Source: Escherichia coli (lineage in GTDB: Bacteria; Pseudomonadota; Gammaproteobacteria; Enterobacterales; Enterobacteriaceae). Taken from it: a stretch of DNA of 64,000 nucleotides. The stretch is from NCBI RefSeq assembly GCF_022846255.1, contig NZ_AP025682.1; one strand, 5' to 3'. The position numbers and the translations under genes were made by a program. Below are positions 18,832 through 30,825 of the stretch, piece after piece; the stretch's first letter is position 1, and the number at the start of each line of letters is the position of its first letter. Below the pieces are notes generated by a model. That model ran no database searches and was not told the origin of the DNA. It worked only from the letters and a program-made list of their open reading frames with translations.

Positions 18832-19535
18832 AGGTCGCTCACATCCTTAAGCGTTACCGGGCATTCAGGCTGGACAGTTAATGGCTGCCAGGGAAGCGTG
18901 GCATAGAAACGGTCGCTTCCCGCTGCCAGCTCTTCGAACATCCGACTCCCGGCGCTATCGTATTTGTACAGGGTTAGCGCCTCGCGTAGCGAAGCGTTGT
19001 CTTCGCACTGAGAAGATTGCCAGTAGAGACGCCCTAACGAATAGGCGGAAAAATAGTGCATCCAGCTGTGATAGTAATGGTGTGCTCGTATATAGACGCG
19101 CGATTGCAGCCATAAACTCTCGTCTTCCGTCAGCCACTTGTTGAGCACACCAACCCGTGATAAAAACCCCATCCGCACATAATCCCAGGCTTTGATTCCC
19201 CCTTCCCCACAACACATAGCGGTTTGGGCAACGAATTGGGTATAAATCAACCCTCTCTCCGAGCCGCCAGCAATTAATGCTTTCCACTCTTCAGGGGAAG
19301 AGCGATGCCATGTCAGATATAAGCCAGCTAAATCATTAGCATGACCATCATCGGTCATCTGATAAATAGTCTGAATTAAATCATCACGATTATTTATTCC
19401 CCAGGATGATGAGAGATCGAATTCTTTTATCCCGGTATACATTTTTGGCGAGTCATGCGCGGGCTTGCAACCCTGATTAAGTATTTCCATGGGCGTAGAA
19501 AGCGCAAAAAGAAGATATTGTTCTTCCTTATTCAT
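18828..19535 (-). CDS. ybeU: DUF1266-family protein
   Basis: 235 aa; paralogous to ybeR product; 4-nt ATGA overlap with djlC start. Confidence 0.85.
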   Translation of the reverse strand: MNKEEQYLLFALSTPMEILNQGCKPAHDSPKMYTGIKEFDLSSSWGINNRDDLIQTIYQMTDDGHANDLAGLYLTWHRSSPEEWKALIAGGSERGLIYTQFVAQTAMCCGEGGIKAWDYVRMGFLSRVGVLNKWLTEDESLWLQSRVYIRAHHYYHSWMHYFSAYSLGRLYWQSSQCEDNASLREALTLYKYDSAGSRMFEELAAGSDRFYATLPWQPLTVQPECPVTLKDVSDL

Positions 19536-19636
19536 TTGTTAATAATCCCTTATGTGCATTAACTGACTACTTTTTTATTATTGATGAGTATAAACTTGAC
19601 GCTTTCAAAATAAAAAGAAAATCGAAGCATTCACTC

Positions 19637-20191
19637 ATGAATAAAAAATTAATGTATATATTCGCAATATTTATAGTTGCAGCAATAACCTGTATTAGCC
19701 AACCCAAGAAAACGACGTTGCGTGATAAAGCCATGGCGAATTATGCCTTTGATTATTTAAGCTCACCGGGCAGTCTTCCATTCACCACGGCAGCCACGGA
19801 GCTTTCCGCGATTCATGGTCACTCAACGTCGCAATATCGCCTTGGAGAATTTTATCTTCATGGTAGCGACGGTAAACCACTGGATTATACACAGGCGAGA
19901 TACTGGTATGAGCAATCAGCGGAACAGGAAAATCCACGCGCGCAAAGTAAACTGGGGTGGATCTACCTCAAAGGTCTGGGGGTCAAACCCGATACCCGTA
20001 AAGCAATTCTCTGGTATAAGGAAGCAGCTGAACAAGGGTATGCTCATGCTCAATATACTTTAGGTTTGATCTACAGAAACGGCTCAGGTATTAATGTTAA
20101 CCATTATGAATCTCAAAAATGGTTAAAACTGGCCGCCAAACAACATTACAAAAACGCGGAAAGATTACTTGCCGGGCTTCCCGCACATTAA
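19637..20191 (+). CDS. ybeT: Sel1-like repeat protein with N-terminal signal/TM segment
   Basis: 184 aa; Sel1/TPR-like repeats (e.g. [39 protein letters not shown]). Confidence 0.85.
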   Translation: MNKKLMYIFAIFIVAAITCISQPKKTTLRDKAMANYAFDYLSSPGSLPFTTAATELSAIHGHSTSQYRLGEFYLHGSDGKPLDYTQARYWYEQSAEQENPRAQSKLGWIYLKGLGVKPDTRKAILWYKEAAEQGYAHAQYTLGLIYRNGSGINVNHYESQKWLKLAAKQHYKNAERLLAGLPAH

Positions 20192-20200
20192 CGTCGACTG

Positions 20201-21628
20201 TCACCCGAACAGATGGAGTATTTTCCCTATCAAACCGGCAAAGATAAAAATGTAGAAAATAATTTTGATGACGCCCAGGCAGCCCGGCCCACCATCGTCA
20301 ACGGGCATCGACTGCGGTTGCGGCTCCGGTTCGACGGTTTGCTTCTCGGTAAAATTTGCCGCCTGAATTAATAATCGACGAATCATTAATGCTTCCAGTG
20401 GACAACGATCTTCTGCATCAAGGCGGCTGACGATCGGCATTAATGATTCTTCTGTCGGTTGGCTGGCCTGAACTAATTGTTTAGCAACTAAATATAATGG
20501 CCATAAGGGATGTTCTGTATCACGCGTGAGTGAGATCCGCGGCTTACGTCCTTTGTGCAAAACCATCTCGACCAGAGAACGCCCCAGCGCAGAGAGTTTT
20601 TCATCACTGAGTATTTCGTATAAATGAAAACGCGTACGAGCGCTGTCACCAGGGACATAAAGTAGCGGTTTTCCCTGATCGTTAACCAGATCACGCGCTT
20701 CAATCATCATCACCACTAACGGGTAATAATCGACCCGATGCTGACGGCACCATTGCAACATTAAAGCATCCGCCTGGGTGGAGGGATACTCGCGCCAGTA
20801 GTCACAAAGTTCTGCCAGCAGGCTTTCGCCTTCTCCACAATAGACGCGTTGCGCGTATTCATAATAACGCGCATCTTCATTATCAGGTTCAGCTTCCTGC
20901 CACGACCGGGCGTAATCCAGAAGTTCGGGGATATCCAGACGGCTTGTGCTATACCAGCGGAGTAAATTTCTGTGCAAATTTGCATCATCGGGGATAATCA
21001 CTGCGCGATGTTGCGCTAAATACAATGTCAGCCATTCTGGATGCGATGACCAAATCCGAGCGAACATTTGGTAAAAATCAATGGTGTCATTTTGTACGGC
21101 AACGGGCAGATGCAGAATGGTCTGGAAGTTAAAAACATTCCCCTTCGCAATGGCATATAAAAAGGATTCCAGTTCTTCTTCGTCTATTTCCCCGACGTTT
21201 TCCTCCTGCAACCACCGCAATCTTTCTGCTAATAACACCACGCACTCGAAGGATAAATGGGCAGTGTTCATGGCTATTGTGCACAGCGACCAGCGTAATT
21301 CATCAATATCTTCCATCGAGCAATAATTTAATTGCTGAATGAATCGCTGCCAGGCAGAGGGCAGAAAACGTTCGCTATCAGAGGCGAGTAACGCACGAAA
21401 GGCGAGCAGAATTTCATGTTCTGCAACTTCATGTTCTTCTGGTTGCCAAACAGATTTAGCAGGCGACTGCGCAATCCGTAGCGCGTCCTCATACGCCTGA
21501 CGAAGTTGTTTAAAACCCTGCGGATCGGTTTCTGGATGAAAGGACGGTAACAGCGCCAGATAAGCGCGGCGGATAATATCGACGTCAGTCGTTTCCTCTA
21601 TTTCGAGAATCTTCCAGCAATTTTTCAT
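20201..21628 (-). CDS. djlB: J-domain protein, paralogue of DjlC
   Basis: 475 aa; N-terminus [39 protein letters not shown] parallels DjlC; C-terminal hydrophobic anchor. Confidence 0.9.
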   Translation of the reverse strand: MKNCWKILEIEETTDVDIIRRAYLALLPSFHPETDPQGFKQLRQAYEDALRIAQSPAKSVWQPEEHEVAEHEILLAFRALLASDSERFLPSAWQRFIQQLNYCSMEDIDELRWSLCTIAMNTAHLSFECVVLLAERLRWLQEENVGEIDEEELESFLYAIAKGNVFNFQTILHLPVAVQNDTIDFYQMFARIWSSHPEWLTLYLAQHRAVIIPDDANLHRNLLRWYSTSRLDIPELLDYARSWQEAEPDNEDARYYEYAQRVYCGEGESLLAELCDYWREYPSTQADALMLQWCRQHRVDYYPLVVMMIEARDLVNDQGKPLLYVPGDSARTRFHLYEILSDEKLSALGRSLVEMVLHKGRKPRISLTRDTEHPLWPLYLVAKQLVQASQPTEESLMPIVSRLDAEDRCPLEALMIRRLLIQAANFTEKQTVEPEPQPQSMPVDDGGPGCLGVIKIIFYIFIFAGLIGKILHLFG

Positions 21629-22359
21629 AGGTCGCTCATATCCTTAAGCGTTTCCGGGCATGTGGGGTAGTCAGCCAGTGGTTGCCAGGGTAAGGTCGCG
21701 TAATATGCATCGTCACTGGCAAATAATTGATAAAACATATCATTGCCGGAATCGTCGTATTCTTTACGCGCTAAGAATTCACGTAATAAAGGCAGATCAT
21801 CATCCTCGGGAGACTGCCAATATTGCCGACCAAAGGTATAACCGGCAAAGTATTGCCGCCAGTTACTATAATAACGTAGAGCCCGTAGATGAATGCGCGA
21901 CTGGATCCACAGGCTTTCTTCTTCACTCAACCAGTTATTAAGTACGCCCATTCGGCTTAAAAAACCCATCCGGACATAATCCCAGGCTTTAATTCCTCCC
22001 TCACCACAGCATTCGGCGGTGCTGGCGACAAATTGCGCATAAGCCTGACCTTGCTCATTTAATTCAGCAAGATAGTCACGCCATTCACATGGCGAATAAC
22101 GAAACCAGCAGTGATAAAACCCTGCCAACCGCGCGGCATGACCGTTATCAATCATTCGGTAAATTGTGCGCAGCAGGTCATCACGGTCATCAATTCCCCA
22201 GGAGGAAGAAAGGTCAAAAAAGCGTGTACCTAAATACATTTTGGGGGACGAATGCGAAGGTAAACAGCATTCATTGCGTATTTCCATCGGAGTGGAAAGT
22301 GCAAACAATATTTTTTGCGACTCCATGTCCATATAATTCATCCTTAAATATTCATTCAA
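21625..22359 (-). CDS. ybeR: DUF1266-family protein
   Basis: 244 aa; paralogous to ybeU product; 4-nt overlap with djlB start. Confidence 0.85.
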   Translation of the reverse strand: MNEYLRMNYMDMESQKILFALSTPMEIRNECCLPSHSSPKMYLGTRFFDLSSSWGIDDRDDLLRTIYRMIDNGHAARLAGFYHCWFRYSPCEWRDYLAELNEQGQAYAQFVASTAECCGEGGIKAWDYVRMGFLSRMGVLNNWLSEEESLWIQSRIHLRALRYYSNWRQYFAGYTFGRQYWQSPEDDDLPLLREFLARKEYDDSGNDMFYQLFASDDAYYATLPWQPLADYPTCPETLKDMSDL

Positions 22360-22489
22360 TGAATATTAACCACGTTGCGAGGCTCATTTATTTATACTTT
22401 TCTGACGCAACATAATACGCATAAAATAAGGCTTACGCAAAAATGGAACACATAAAAATATAATATGTTTTATATGCAACCATAAGGAA

Positions 22490-23473
22490 ATGATAATGAT
22501 TTTTACGTCAAGTTGCTGCGATAATTTATCAATAGAAAAGATTGTTAAACGTGCTGAAAAAGGCGATAGCGAGGCTCAATATATTGTTGGGTTTTATTAT
22601 AATCGCGATAGCGCAATTGACTCTCCGGACGACGAAAAAGCCTTCTACTGGCTGAAGCTTGCCGCTGAACAAGGCCATTGTGAAGCACAATATTCCTTAG
22701 GGCGGAAATACTCCGAGGATAAAAGCCGTCATAAAGATAATGAGCAAGCTATCTTTTGGCTGAAAAAAGCTGCCCTACAAGGCCATACTTTCGCTTCCAA
22801 CGCCCTTGGCTGGATACTGGATCGTGGAGAAGACCCCAACTATAAAGAAGCGGTTGCCTGGTATCAGATAGCCGCGGAGAGCGGAATGCCTTATGCGCAA
22901 AATAATCTTGGATGGATGTACAGAAATGGCAACGGAGTCGCACAAGACTATGCGCTGGCATTTTTCTGGTACAAACAAGCTGCATTACAAGGCCATAGTT
23001 ACGCGCAAGACAACCTGGCCGATCTCTATAAAGACGGAGAAGGCGTTGCTCAAAACAAGACACTCGCCGCATTCTGGTATTTGAAAAGCGCACAGCAGGG
23101 TAATCGGCATGCCCAGTTTCAAATTGCATGGGATTATAACGCTGGCGAAGGGGTGGACCAGGACTATAAGCAAGCGATGTACTGGTATCTGAAGGCTGCC
23201 GCTCAGGAAAGCGTCGGCGCTTACGTCAACATCGGTTATATGTATAAACATGGACAAGGCGTTGAGAAAGATTATCAGGCCGCCTTTGAATGGTTTACGA
23301 AAGCCGCTGAATGCGATAATGCCACTGCCTGGTATAACCTTGCCATTATGTATCATTACGGAGAAGGAAGACCTGTCGATCTCCGACAGGCTCTCGATCT
23401 GTATCGTAAAGCTCAGTCATCCGGTACCAGGGATGTCAGTCAAAAAATCCGTGAGATTGAAGATTTACTGTAA
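22490..23473 (+). CDS. ybeQ: Sel1-like repeat protein
   Basis: 327 aa; about 8 tandem Sel1 repeats (AQYxLGxxYxxGxGVxQD pattern). Confidence 0.85.
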   Translation: MIMIFTSSCCDNLSIEKIVKRAEKGDSEAQYIVGFYYNRDSAIDSPDDEKAFYWLKLAAEQGHCEAQYSLGRKYSEDKSRHKDNEQAIFWLKKAALQGHTFASNALGWILDRGEDPNYKEAVAWYQIAAESGMPYAQNNLGWMYRNGNGVAQDYALAFFWYKQAALQGHSYAQDNLADLYKDGEGVAQNKTLAAFWYLKSAQQGNRHAQFQIAWDYNAGEGVDQDYKQAMYWYLKAAAQESVGAYVNIGYMYKHGQGVEKDYQAAFEWFTKAAECDNATAWYNLAIMYHYGEGRPVDLRQALDLYRKAQSSGTRDVSQKIREIEDLL

Positions 23474-23542
23474 GAGATAAAAACAAGGGCCGGGGAATTT
23501 TATTCGGCCCATATCTCTTTATTGCTGTGCGAAATCAGACCA

Positions 23543-24025
23543 TTAAGGCTCGAACGGGCGTCTCTGGAACTGGTCATGACCACATTTCGGGCATAGCGTC
23601 AGCACTTCCGGTGTGTAGATCGGGAGATGGAAGTGACATTTCTCGCAGACCAGATTTCCCAGCCCTACCACTTCTCCGCTGTGATAAACCCCGTGATGAT
23701 TGAGGTCCTGGAAAACTTCTCGCCATTCAAGCTGCGTTTTATCGGTGATGTCTGCCAGCTCCTGCCACAAGCTTTCTTTAATCACCCGCATAAAGACGCT
23801 GTCAGACTCTTCTTTCAGGCTCTCTTCATAGCTCATGGCGAACTCTTCCAGGTCACGTCTGACAGCTCGCGTCAGCTCATCGACCTCGGTTCGCGTTAAC
23901 TCCCCTGTTTTTATTACGCGCTCGCGCGCCTGTTCCACCAGTGCGTCGATATCACGTTCGCCATTGCGCAGGCGTTCGCTCAGTGACGCGACCAGTTCAC
24001 GGTAATATTGAGCAACCTTGTTCAT
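23543..24025 (-). CDS. ybeL: DUF1451 zinc-ribbon protein
   Basis: 160 aa; C-terminal CEKCHFH...CPKCGHDQF zinc-ribbon cysteines. Confidence 0.85.
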   Translation of the reverse strand: MNKVAQYYRELVASLSERLRNGERDIDALVEQARERVIKTGELTRTEVDELTRAVRRDLEEFAMSYEESLKEESDSVFMRVIKESLWQELADITDKTQLEWREVFQDLNHHGVYHSGEVVGLGNLVCEKCHFHLPIYTPEVLTLCPKCGHDQFQRRPFEP

Positions 24026-24259
24026 CGTTTCATCTCCCGGGTCGTTAACTGACTATAATAATAGACGTTCTTTGTTCCTTGCTTTGCTAATACGCCCACA
24101 AACTCTGTAAATTAATGTATGAATAATCCGGGCATCATTTCAACGTCGAGTGCGCGAAAGGCTGTTTTGACGCGGACGTTTGGGCTATGCTATGCGGATC
24201 TGAAAAACCACCTCAACGCTACATTTGTAGCCGTATTGAAAACAGGACCACTGGCTGCC

Positions 24260-26842
24260 ATGCAAGAGCAATACCGCCCGGAAGAGATAGAATCCAAAGT
24301 ACAGCTTCATTGGGATGAGAAGCGCACATTTGAAGTAACCGAAGACGAGAGCAAAGAGAAGTATTACTGCCTGTCTATGCTTCCCTATCCTTCTGGTCGA
24401 CTACACATGGGCCACGTACGTAACTACACCATCGGTGACGTGATCGCCCGCTACCAGCGTATGCTGGGCAAAAACGTCCTGCAGCCGATCGGCTGGGACG
24501 CGTTTGGTCTGCCTGCGGAAGGCGCGGCGGTGAAAAACAACACCGCGCCAGCACCGTGGACGTACGACAACATCGCGTACATGAAAAACCAGCTCAAAAT
24601 GCTGGGCTTTGGTTATGACTGGAGCCGCGAGCTGGCAACCTGTACGCCGGAATACTACCGTTGGGAACAGAAATTCTTCACCGAGCTGTATAAAAAAGGC
24701 CTGGTATATAAGAAGACTTCTGCGGTCAACTGGTGCCCGAACGACCAGACCGTACTGGCGAACGAACAAGTTATCGACGGCTGCTGCTGGCGCTGCGATA
24801 CCAAAGTTGAACGTAAAGAGATCCCGCAGTGGTTTATCAAAATCACCGCTTACGCTGACGAGCTGCTTAACGATCTGGATAAACTGGATCACTGGCCAGA
24901 CACCGTTAAAACCATGCAGCGTAACTGGATCGGTCGTTCCGAAGGCGTGGAAATCACCTTCAACGTTAACGACTATGACAACACGCTGACCGTTTACACT
25001 ACCCGTCCGGACACCTTTATGGGTTGTACCTACCTGGCGGTAGCGGCGGGTCATCCGCTGGCGCAGAAAGCGGCGGAAAATAATCCTGAACTGGCGGCCT
25101 TTATTGACGAATGCCGTAACACCAAAGTTGCCGAAGCTGAAATGGCAACGATGGAGAAAAAAGGCGTCGATACTGGCTTTAAAGCGGTTCACCCATTAAC
25201 GGGCGAAGAAATTCCCGTTTGGGCAGCAAACTTCGTATTGATGGAATACGGCACGGGCGCAGTTATGGCGGTTCCGGGTCACGACCAGCGCGACTACGAG
25301 TTTGCCTCTAAATACGGCCTGAACATCAAACCGGTTATCCTGGCAGCTGACGGCTCTGTGCCAGATCTTTCTCAGCAAGCCCTGACTGAAAAAGGCGTTC
25401 TGTTCAACTCTGGCGAGTTCAACGGTCTTGACCATGAAGCGGCCTTCAACGCCATCGCCGATAAACTGACTGCGATGGGCGTTGGCGAGCGTAAAGTGAA
25501 CTACCGCCTGCGCGACTGGGGTGTTTCCCGTCAACGTTACTGGGGCGCGCCGATTCCGATGGTGACGCTGGAAGACGGTACCGTAATGCCGACCCCGGAC
25601 GACCAGCTGCCGGTGATCCTGCCGGAAGATGTGGTGATGGACGGTATTACCAGCCCGATTAAAGCAGATCCGGAGTGGGCAAAAACTACCGTTAACGGTA
25701 TGCCAGCGCTGCGTGAAACCGACACTTTCGACACCTTTATGGAGTCCTCCTGGTACTATGCGCGCTACACTTGCCCGGAGTACAAAGAAGGTATGCTGGA
25801 TTCCAAAGCGGCTAACTACTGGCTGCCGGTGGATATTTACATTGGTGGTATCGAACACGCCATTATGCACCTGCTCTACTTCCGCTTCTTCCACAAACTG
25901 ATGCGTGATGCAGGCATGGTGAACTCTGACGAACCAGCGAAACAGTTGCTGTGTCAGGGTATGGTGCTGGCAGATGCCTTCTACTATGTTGGTGAAAACG
26001 GCGAACGTAACTGGGTTTCCCCGGTTGATGCTATCGTTGAACGTGACGAGAAAGGCCGTATCGTGAAAGCGAAAGATGCGGCAGGCCATGAACTGGTTTA
26101 TACCGGCATGAGCAAAATGTCCAAGTCGAAGAACAACGGTATCGACCCGCAGGTGATGGTTGAACGTTACGGCGCGGACACCGTTCGTCTGTTTATGATG
26201 TTTGCTTCTCCGGCTGATATGACTCTCGAATGGCAGGAATCCGGCGTGGAAGGGGCTAACCGCTTCCTGAAACGTGTCTGGAAACTGGTTTACGAGCACA
26301 CAGCGAAAGGTGATGTTGCGGCACTGAACGTTGATGCGCTGACTGAAGATCAGAAAGCGCTGCGTCGCGATGTGCATAAAACAATCGCTAAAGTGACCGA
26401 TGATATCGGCCGTCGTCAGACCTTCAACACCGCAATTGCAGCGATTATGGAGCTGATGAACAAACTGGCGAAAGCACCGACCGATGGCGAGCAGGACCGC
26501 GCCCTGATGCAGGAAGCGCTGCTGGCGGTAGTCCGTATGCTTAACCCGTTCACCCCGCACATCTGCTTCACGCTGTGGCAGGAACTGAAAGGCGAAGGCG
26601 ATATCGACAACGCGCCGTGGCCGGTTGCTGACGAAAAAGCGATGGTGGAAGACTCCACGCTGGTCGTGGTGCAGGTTAACGGTAAAGTCCGTGCAAAAAT
26701 CACCGTTCCGGTGGACGCAACGGAAGAACAGGTTCGCGAACGTGCTGGCCAGGAACATCTGGTAGCAAAATATCTTGATGGCGTTACTGTACGTAAAGTG
26801 ATTTACGTACCAGGTAAACTCCTCAATCTGGTCGTTGGCTAA
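24260..26842 (+). CDS. leuS: leucyl-tRNA synthetase
   Basis: ORF 24119..26842; start set at [18 protein letters not shown]...; class I motifs HMGHVRNY (HIGH) and KMSKS present. Confidence 0.95.
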   Translation: MQEQYRPEEIESKVQLHWDEKRTFEVTEDESKEKYYCLSMLPYPSGRLHMGHVRNYTIGDVIARYQRMLGKNVLQPIGWDAFGLPAEGAAVKNNTAPAPWTYDNIAYMKNQLKMLGFGYDWSRELATCTPEYYRWEQKFFTELYKKGLVYKKTSAVNWCPNDQTVLANEQVIDGCCWRCDTKVERKEIPQWFIKITAYADELLNDLDKLDHWPDTVKTMQRNWIGRSEGVEITFNVNDYDNTLTVYTTRPDTFMGCTYLAVAAGHPLAQKAAENNPELAAFIDECRNTKVAEAEMATMEKKGVDTGFKAVHPLTGEEIPVWAANFVLMEYGTGAVMAVPGHDQRDYEFASKYGLNIKPVILAADGSVPDLSQQALTEKGVLFNSGEFNGLDHEAAFNAIADKLTAMGVGERKVNYRLRDWGVSRQRYWGAPIPMVTLEDGTVMPTPDDQLPVILPEDVVMDGITSPIKADPEWAKTTVNGMPALRETDTFDTFMESSWYYARYTCPEYKEGMLDSKAANYWLPVDIYIGGIEHAIMHLLYFRFFHKLMRDAGMVNSDEPAKQLLCQGMVLADAFYYVGENGERNWVSPVDAIVERDEKGRIVKAKDAAGHELVYTGMSKMSKSKNNGIDPQVMVERYGADTVRLFMMFASPADMTLEWQESGVEGANRFLKRVWKLVYEHTAKGDVAALNVDALTEDQKALRRDVHKTIAKVTDDIGRRQTFNTAIAAIMELMNKLAKAPTDGEQDRALMQEALLAVVRMLNPFTPHICFTLWQELKGEGDIDNAPWPVADEKAMVEDSTLVVVQVNGKVRAKITVPVDATEEQVRERAGQEHLVAKYLDGVTVRKVIYVPGKLLNLVVG

Positions 26843-26856
26843 GCGCGGGAGGAAGC

Positions 26857-27438
26857 GTGCGATATCTGGCAACATTGTTGTTATCTCTGGCGGTGTTAAT
26901 CACCGCCGGGTGTGGCTGGCATCTGCGTGATACCACGCAGGTTCCTTCCACTATGAAGGTCATGATCCTGGACTCAGGCGATCCGAACGGGCCATTAAGC
27001 CGTGCGGTGCGTAATCAGTTACGTCTGAATGGTGTCGAGTTGCTTGATAAAGAAACCACGCGTAAGGACGTTCCATCCCTGCGTTTGGGTAAAGTGAGCA
27101 TCGCGAAAGATACCGCATCGGTATTCCGTAACGGTCAAACAGCAGAGTATCAGATGATCATGACGGTGAATGCGACCGTGTTGATCCCCGGCCGTGATAT
27201 CTACCCGATTAGCGCCAAAGTCTTCCGTTCGTTCTTCGATAACCCGCAAATGGCGTTAGCGAAAGATAACGAACAAGACATGATCGTAAAAGAGATGTAC
27301 GACCGTGCTGCCGAACAGCTGATTCGTAAGCTGCCAAGCATCCGTGCTGCGGATATTCGTTCCGACGAAGAACAGACGTCGACCACAACGGATACTCTGG
27401 CAACGCCTGCACGCGTCTCCACCACGCTGGGTAACTGA
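26857..27438 (+). CDS. lptE: LPS assembly lipoprotein LptE
   Basis: 193 aa; lipobox LITAGC after signal peptide; GTG start. Confidence 0.9.
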   Translation: MRYLATLLLSLAVLITAGCGWHLRDTTQVPSTMKVMILDSGDPNGPLSRAVRNQLRLNGVELLDKETTRKDVPSLRLGKVSIAKDTASVFRNGQTAEYQMIMTVNATVLIPGRDIYPISAKVFRSFFDNPQMALAKDNEQDMIVKEMYDRAAEQLIRKLPSIRAADIRSDEEQTSTTTDTLATPARVSTTLGN

Positions 27439-28469
27439 TGATTCGGTTGTACCCGGAACAACTCCGCGCGCAGCTCAATGAAGGGCTGCGCGCGGCGTAT
27501 CTTTTACTTGGTAACGATCCTCTGTTATTGCAGGAAAGCCAGGACGCTGTTCGTCAGGTAGCTGCGGCACAAGGATTCGAAGAACACCACACTTTTTCCA
27601 TTGATCCCAACACTGACTGGAATGCGATCTTTTCGTTATGCCAGGCTATGAGTCTGTTTGCCAGTAGACAAACGCTATTGCTGTTGTTACCAGAAAACGG
27701 ACCGAATGCGGCGATCAATGAACAACTTCTCACACTCACCGGACTTCTCCATGACGACCTGCTGTTGATCGTCCGCGGTAATAAATTAAGCAAAGCGCAA
27801 GAAAATGCCGCCTGGTTTACTGCTCTTGCGAATCGCAGCGTGCAGGTGACCTGTCAGACACCGGAGCAGGCTCAGCTTCCCCGCTGGGTTGCTGCGCGCG
27901 CAAAACAGCTCAACTTAGAACTGGATGACGCTGCAAATCAGGTGCTCTGCTACTGTTATGAAGGTAACCTGCTGGCGCTGGCCCAGGCACTGGAGCGTTT
28001 ATCGCTACTCTGGCCGGACGGCAAACTGACATTACCGCGCGTTGAACAGGCGGTGAATGATGCCGCGCATTTCACCCCTTTTCATTGGGTTGATGCTTTG
28101 TTGATGGGAAAAAGTAAGCGCGCGTTGCATATTCTTCAGCAGCTGCGTCTGGAAGGCAGCGAACCGGTTATTTTGTTGCGCACATTACAACGTGAACTGT
28201 TGTTACTGGTTAACCTGAAACGCCAGTCTGCCCATACGCCACTGCGTGCGTTGTTTGATAAGCATCGGGTATGGCAGAACCGCAGGGGCATGATGAGCGA
28301 GGCGTTAAATCGCTTAAGCCAGCCGCAGTTACGTCAGGCCGTGCAACTCCTGACACGAACGGAACTCACCCTCAAACAAGATTACGGTCAGTCAGTGTGG
28401 GCAGAGCTGGAAGGGTTATCTCTTCTGTTGTGCCATAAACCCCTGGCGGACGTATTTATCGACGGTTGA
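27438..28469 (+). CDS. holA: DNA polymerase III delta subunit
   Basis: 343 aa [30 protein letters not shown]... recognised as HolA. Confidence 0.9.
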   Translation: MIRLYPEQLRAQLNEGLRAAYLLLGNDPLLLQESQDAVRQVAAAQGFEEHHTFSIDPNTDWNAIFSLCQAMSLFASRQTLLLLLPENGPNAAINEQLLTLTGLLHDDLLLIVRGNKLSKAQENAAWFTALANRSVQVTCQTPEQAQLPRWVAARAKQLNLELDDAANQVLCYCYEGNLLALAQALERLSLLWPDGKLTLPRVEQAVNDAAHFTPFHWVDALLMGKSKRALHILQQLRLEGSEPVILLRTLQRELLLLVNLKRQSAHTPLRALFDKHRVWQNRRGMMSEALNRLSQPQLRQAVQLLTRTELTLKQDYGQSVWAELEGLSLLLCHKPLADVFIDG

Positions 28470-28470
28470 T

Positions 28471-29112
28471 ATGAAATCTTTACAGGCTCTGTTTGGCGGC
28501 ACCTTTGATCCGGTGCACTATGGTCATCTTAAACCCGTGGAAACGCTGGCGAATTTGATTGGTCTGACGCGGGTCACAATCATCCCTAATAATGTTCCTC
28601 CGCATCGTCCCCAGCCGGAAGCGAACAGCGCGCAGCGTAAACACATGCTTGAACTGGCGATAGCTGACAAGCCACTGTTTACCCTTGATGAACGCGAGCT
28701 AAAGCGCAATGCCCCCTCTTACACTGCGCAAACACTGAAAGAGTGGCGGCAGGAGCAAGGACCGGACGTGCCGCTGGCGTTTATTATTGGTCAGGATTCA
28801 TTGCTGACCTTTCCGACCTGGTACGAATACGAAACGATACTCGACAATGCACATTTGATCGTCTGTCGGCGTCCTGGTTACCCACTTGAAATGGCGCAAC
28901 CGCAATACCAGCAATGGCTGGAGGATCATTTGACACATAACCCGGAAGATCTTCACCTTCAGCCTGCCGGTAAAATTTATCTGGCTGAAACGCCGTGGTT
29001 TAACATCTCGGCGACCATCATCCGCGAACGTTTGCAAAATGGTGAATCGTGTGAGGATTTATTACCGGAACCGGTACTGACTTACATTAACCAACAAGGC
29101 TTGTATCGCTGA
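28471..29112 (+). CDS. nadD: nicotinate-mononucleotide adenylyltransferase
   Basis: 213 aa; [12 protein letters not shown] nucleotidyltransferase motif. Confidence 0.95.
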   Translation: MKSLQALFGGTFDPVHYGHLKPVETLANLIGLTRVTIIPNNVPPHRPQPEANSAQRKHMLELAIADKPLFTLDERELKRNAPSYTAQTLKEWRQEQGPDVPLAFIIGQDSLLTFPTWYEYETILDNAHLIVCRRPGYPLEMAQPQYQQWLEDHLTHNPEDLHLQPAGKIYLAETPWFNISATIIRERLQNGESCEDLLPEPVLTYINQQGLYR

Positions 29113-29135
29113 TACCTGTCGTTACGGAGGGCATG

Positions 29136-29747
29136 ATGCGACTGTGGTTAATTCGTCATGGTGAAACGCAAGCGAATGTCGATGGTCTGTACAGCGGTCA
29201 TGCGCCCACACCCCTGACCGCGCGCGGTATTGAGCAAGCGCAAAATCTGCATACGCTGCTACATGATGTTTCCTTTGACCTGGTTTTATGCAGTGAACTG
29301 GAACGGGCACAGCATACCGCGCGACTGGTTCTTAGTGACCGCCAGCACCCCGTTCATATCATCCCTGAACTCAATGAAATGTTTTTTGGCGACTGGGAGA
29401 TGCGACATCATCGTGACCTCATGCAAGAAGATGCCGAAAACTATAGCGCGTGGTGCAATGACTGGCAGCATGCTATCCCCACGAACGGTGAAGGATTTCA
29501 GGCATTTTCGCAACGTGTGGAACGATTTATCGCAAGGCTTAGTGAATATCAGCACTATCAGAATATTTTAGTCGTCAGCCATCAGGGCGTACTGAGTCTG
29601 TTAATTGCTCGTTTAATTGGCATGCCTGCCGAGTCTATGTGGCATTTCCGCGTTGACCAGGGGTGTTGGAGCGCCATTGATATCAACCAAAAATTCGCGA
29701 CGCTACGCGTCCTCAATAGCCGTGCCATCGGGGTCGAGAATGCATGA
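29136..29747 (+). CDS. cobC: alpha-ribazole phosphatase (histidine phosphatase family)
   Basis: ORF 29133..29747 (MMRLW...); LIRHGETQAN catalytic RHG motif; start placed at the second Met. Confidence 0.9.
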   Translation: MRLWLIRHGETQANVDGLYSGHAPTPLTARGIEQAQNLHTLLHDVSFDLVLCSELERAQHTARLVLSDRQHPVHIIPELNEMFFGDWEMRHHRDLMQEDAENYSAWCNDWQHAIPTNGEGFQAFSQRVERFIARLSEYQHYQNILVVSHQGVLSLLIARLIGMPAESMWHFRVDQGCWSAIDINQKFATLRVLNSRAIGVENA

Positions 29748-29988
29748 CTTTTCTGTTTTTTTACGGGTAAGCCGCAACGACCATTGACAGCCCCGGGCAG
29801 GCTGATATTCTCCGCAGCCAGACTTTTTCCGCCAGACACGACTTTGTAGAAATTGTTTTACAAAAATGGCGATGCAATCTGCGGCGCGGGGTGGGATGAT
29901 AGCCCACTTTCGAAAGCCGATTCGGCGACAATTGTCCCTAAATCGCCTCTGGTTCAGGTATACTGACAGACCATTTTTATCTATTTGA

Positions 29989-30324
<336 letters not shown>

Positions 30325-30327
30325 TGC

Positions 30328-30795
30328 GTGAAGCTGCAACTTGTCGCCGTGGGAACGAAAATGCCGGACTGGGTACAAACCGGTTTTACCGAGTACCTGC
30401 GTCGTTTTCCGAAAGATATGCCCTTCGAGCTGATTGAAATTCCGGCCGGAAAACGCGGCAAGAATGCGGACATCAAGCGCATACTCGACAAAGAGGGTGA
30501 GCAGATGTTGGCGGCCGCAGGCAAAAACCGCATTGTCACCCTCGATATTCCAGGCAAGCCCTGGGATACGCCGCAGTTAGCCGCTGAGCTGGAACGCTGG
30601 AAGCTGGATGGTCGCGACGTCAGTCTACTTATTGGCGGGCCTGAAGGGTTGTCGCCTGCCTGTAAAGCGGCGGCGGAGCAGAGCTGGTCGCTGTCGGCAC
30701 TTACCCTTCCCCATCCGCTGGTTCGCGTGCTGGTCGCAGAGAGTCTGTACCGGGCGTGGAGCATCACCACCAACCATCCTTATCACCGTGAGTGA
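30328..30795 (+). CDS. rlmH: 23S rRNA (pseudouridine1915-N3)-methyltransferase
   Basis: 155 aa, GTG start; SPOUT-fold methyltransferase recognised as RlmH. Confidence 0.9.
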
Positions 30796-30825
30796 TAAGT
30801 GAGCTTTGAGTAGAAAACGCAGCGG

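Noticed and set aside
24401-26875. Long minus-strand ORFs (263 aa and 559 aa) opposite leuS
   Set aside because: Antisense to leuS; Arg/Val/His-rich, no motifs; frames are open because of leuS codon bias
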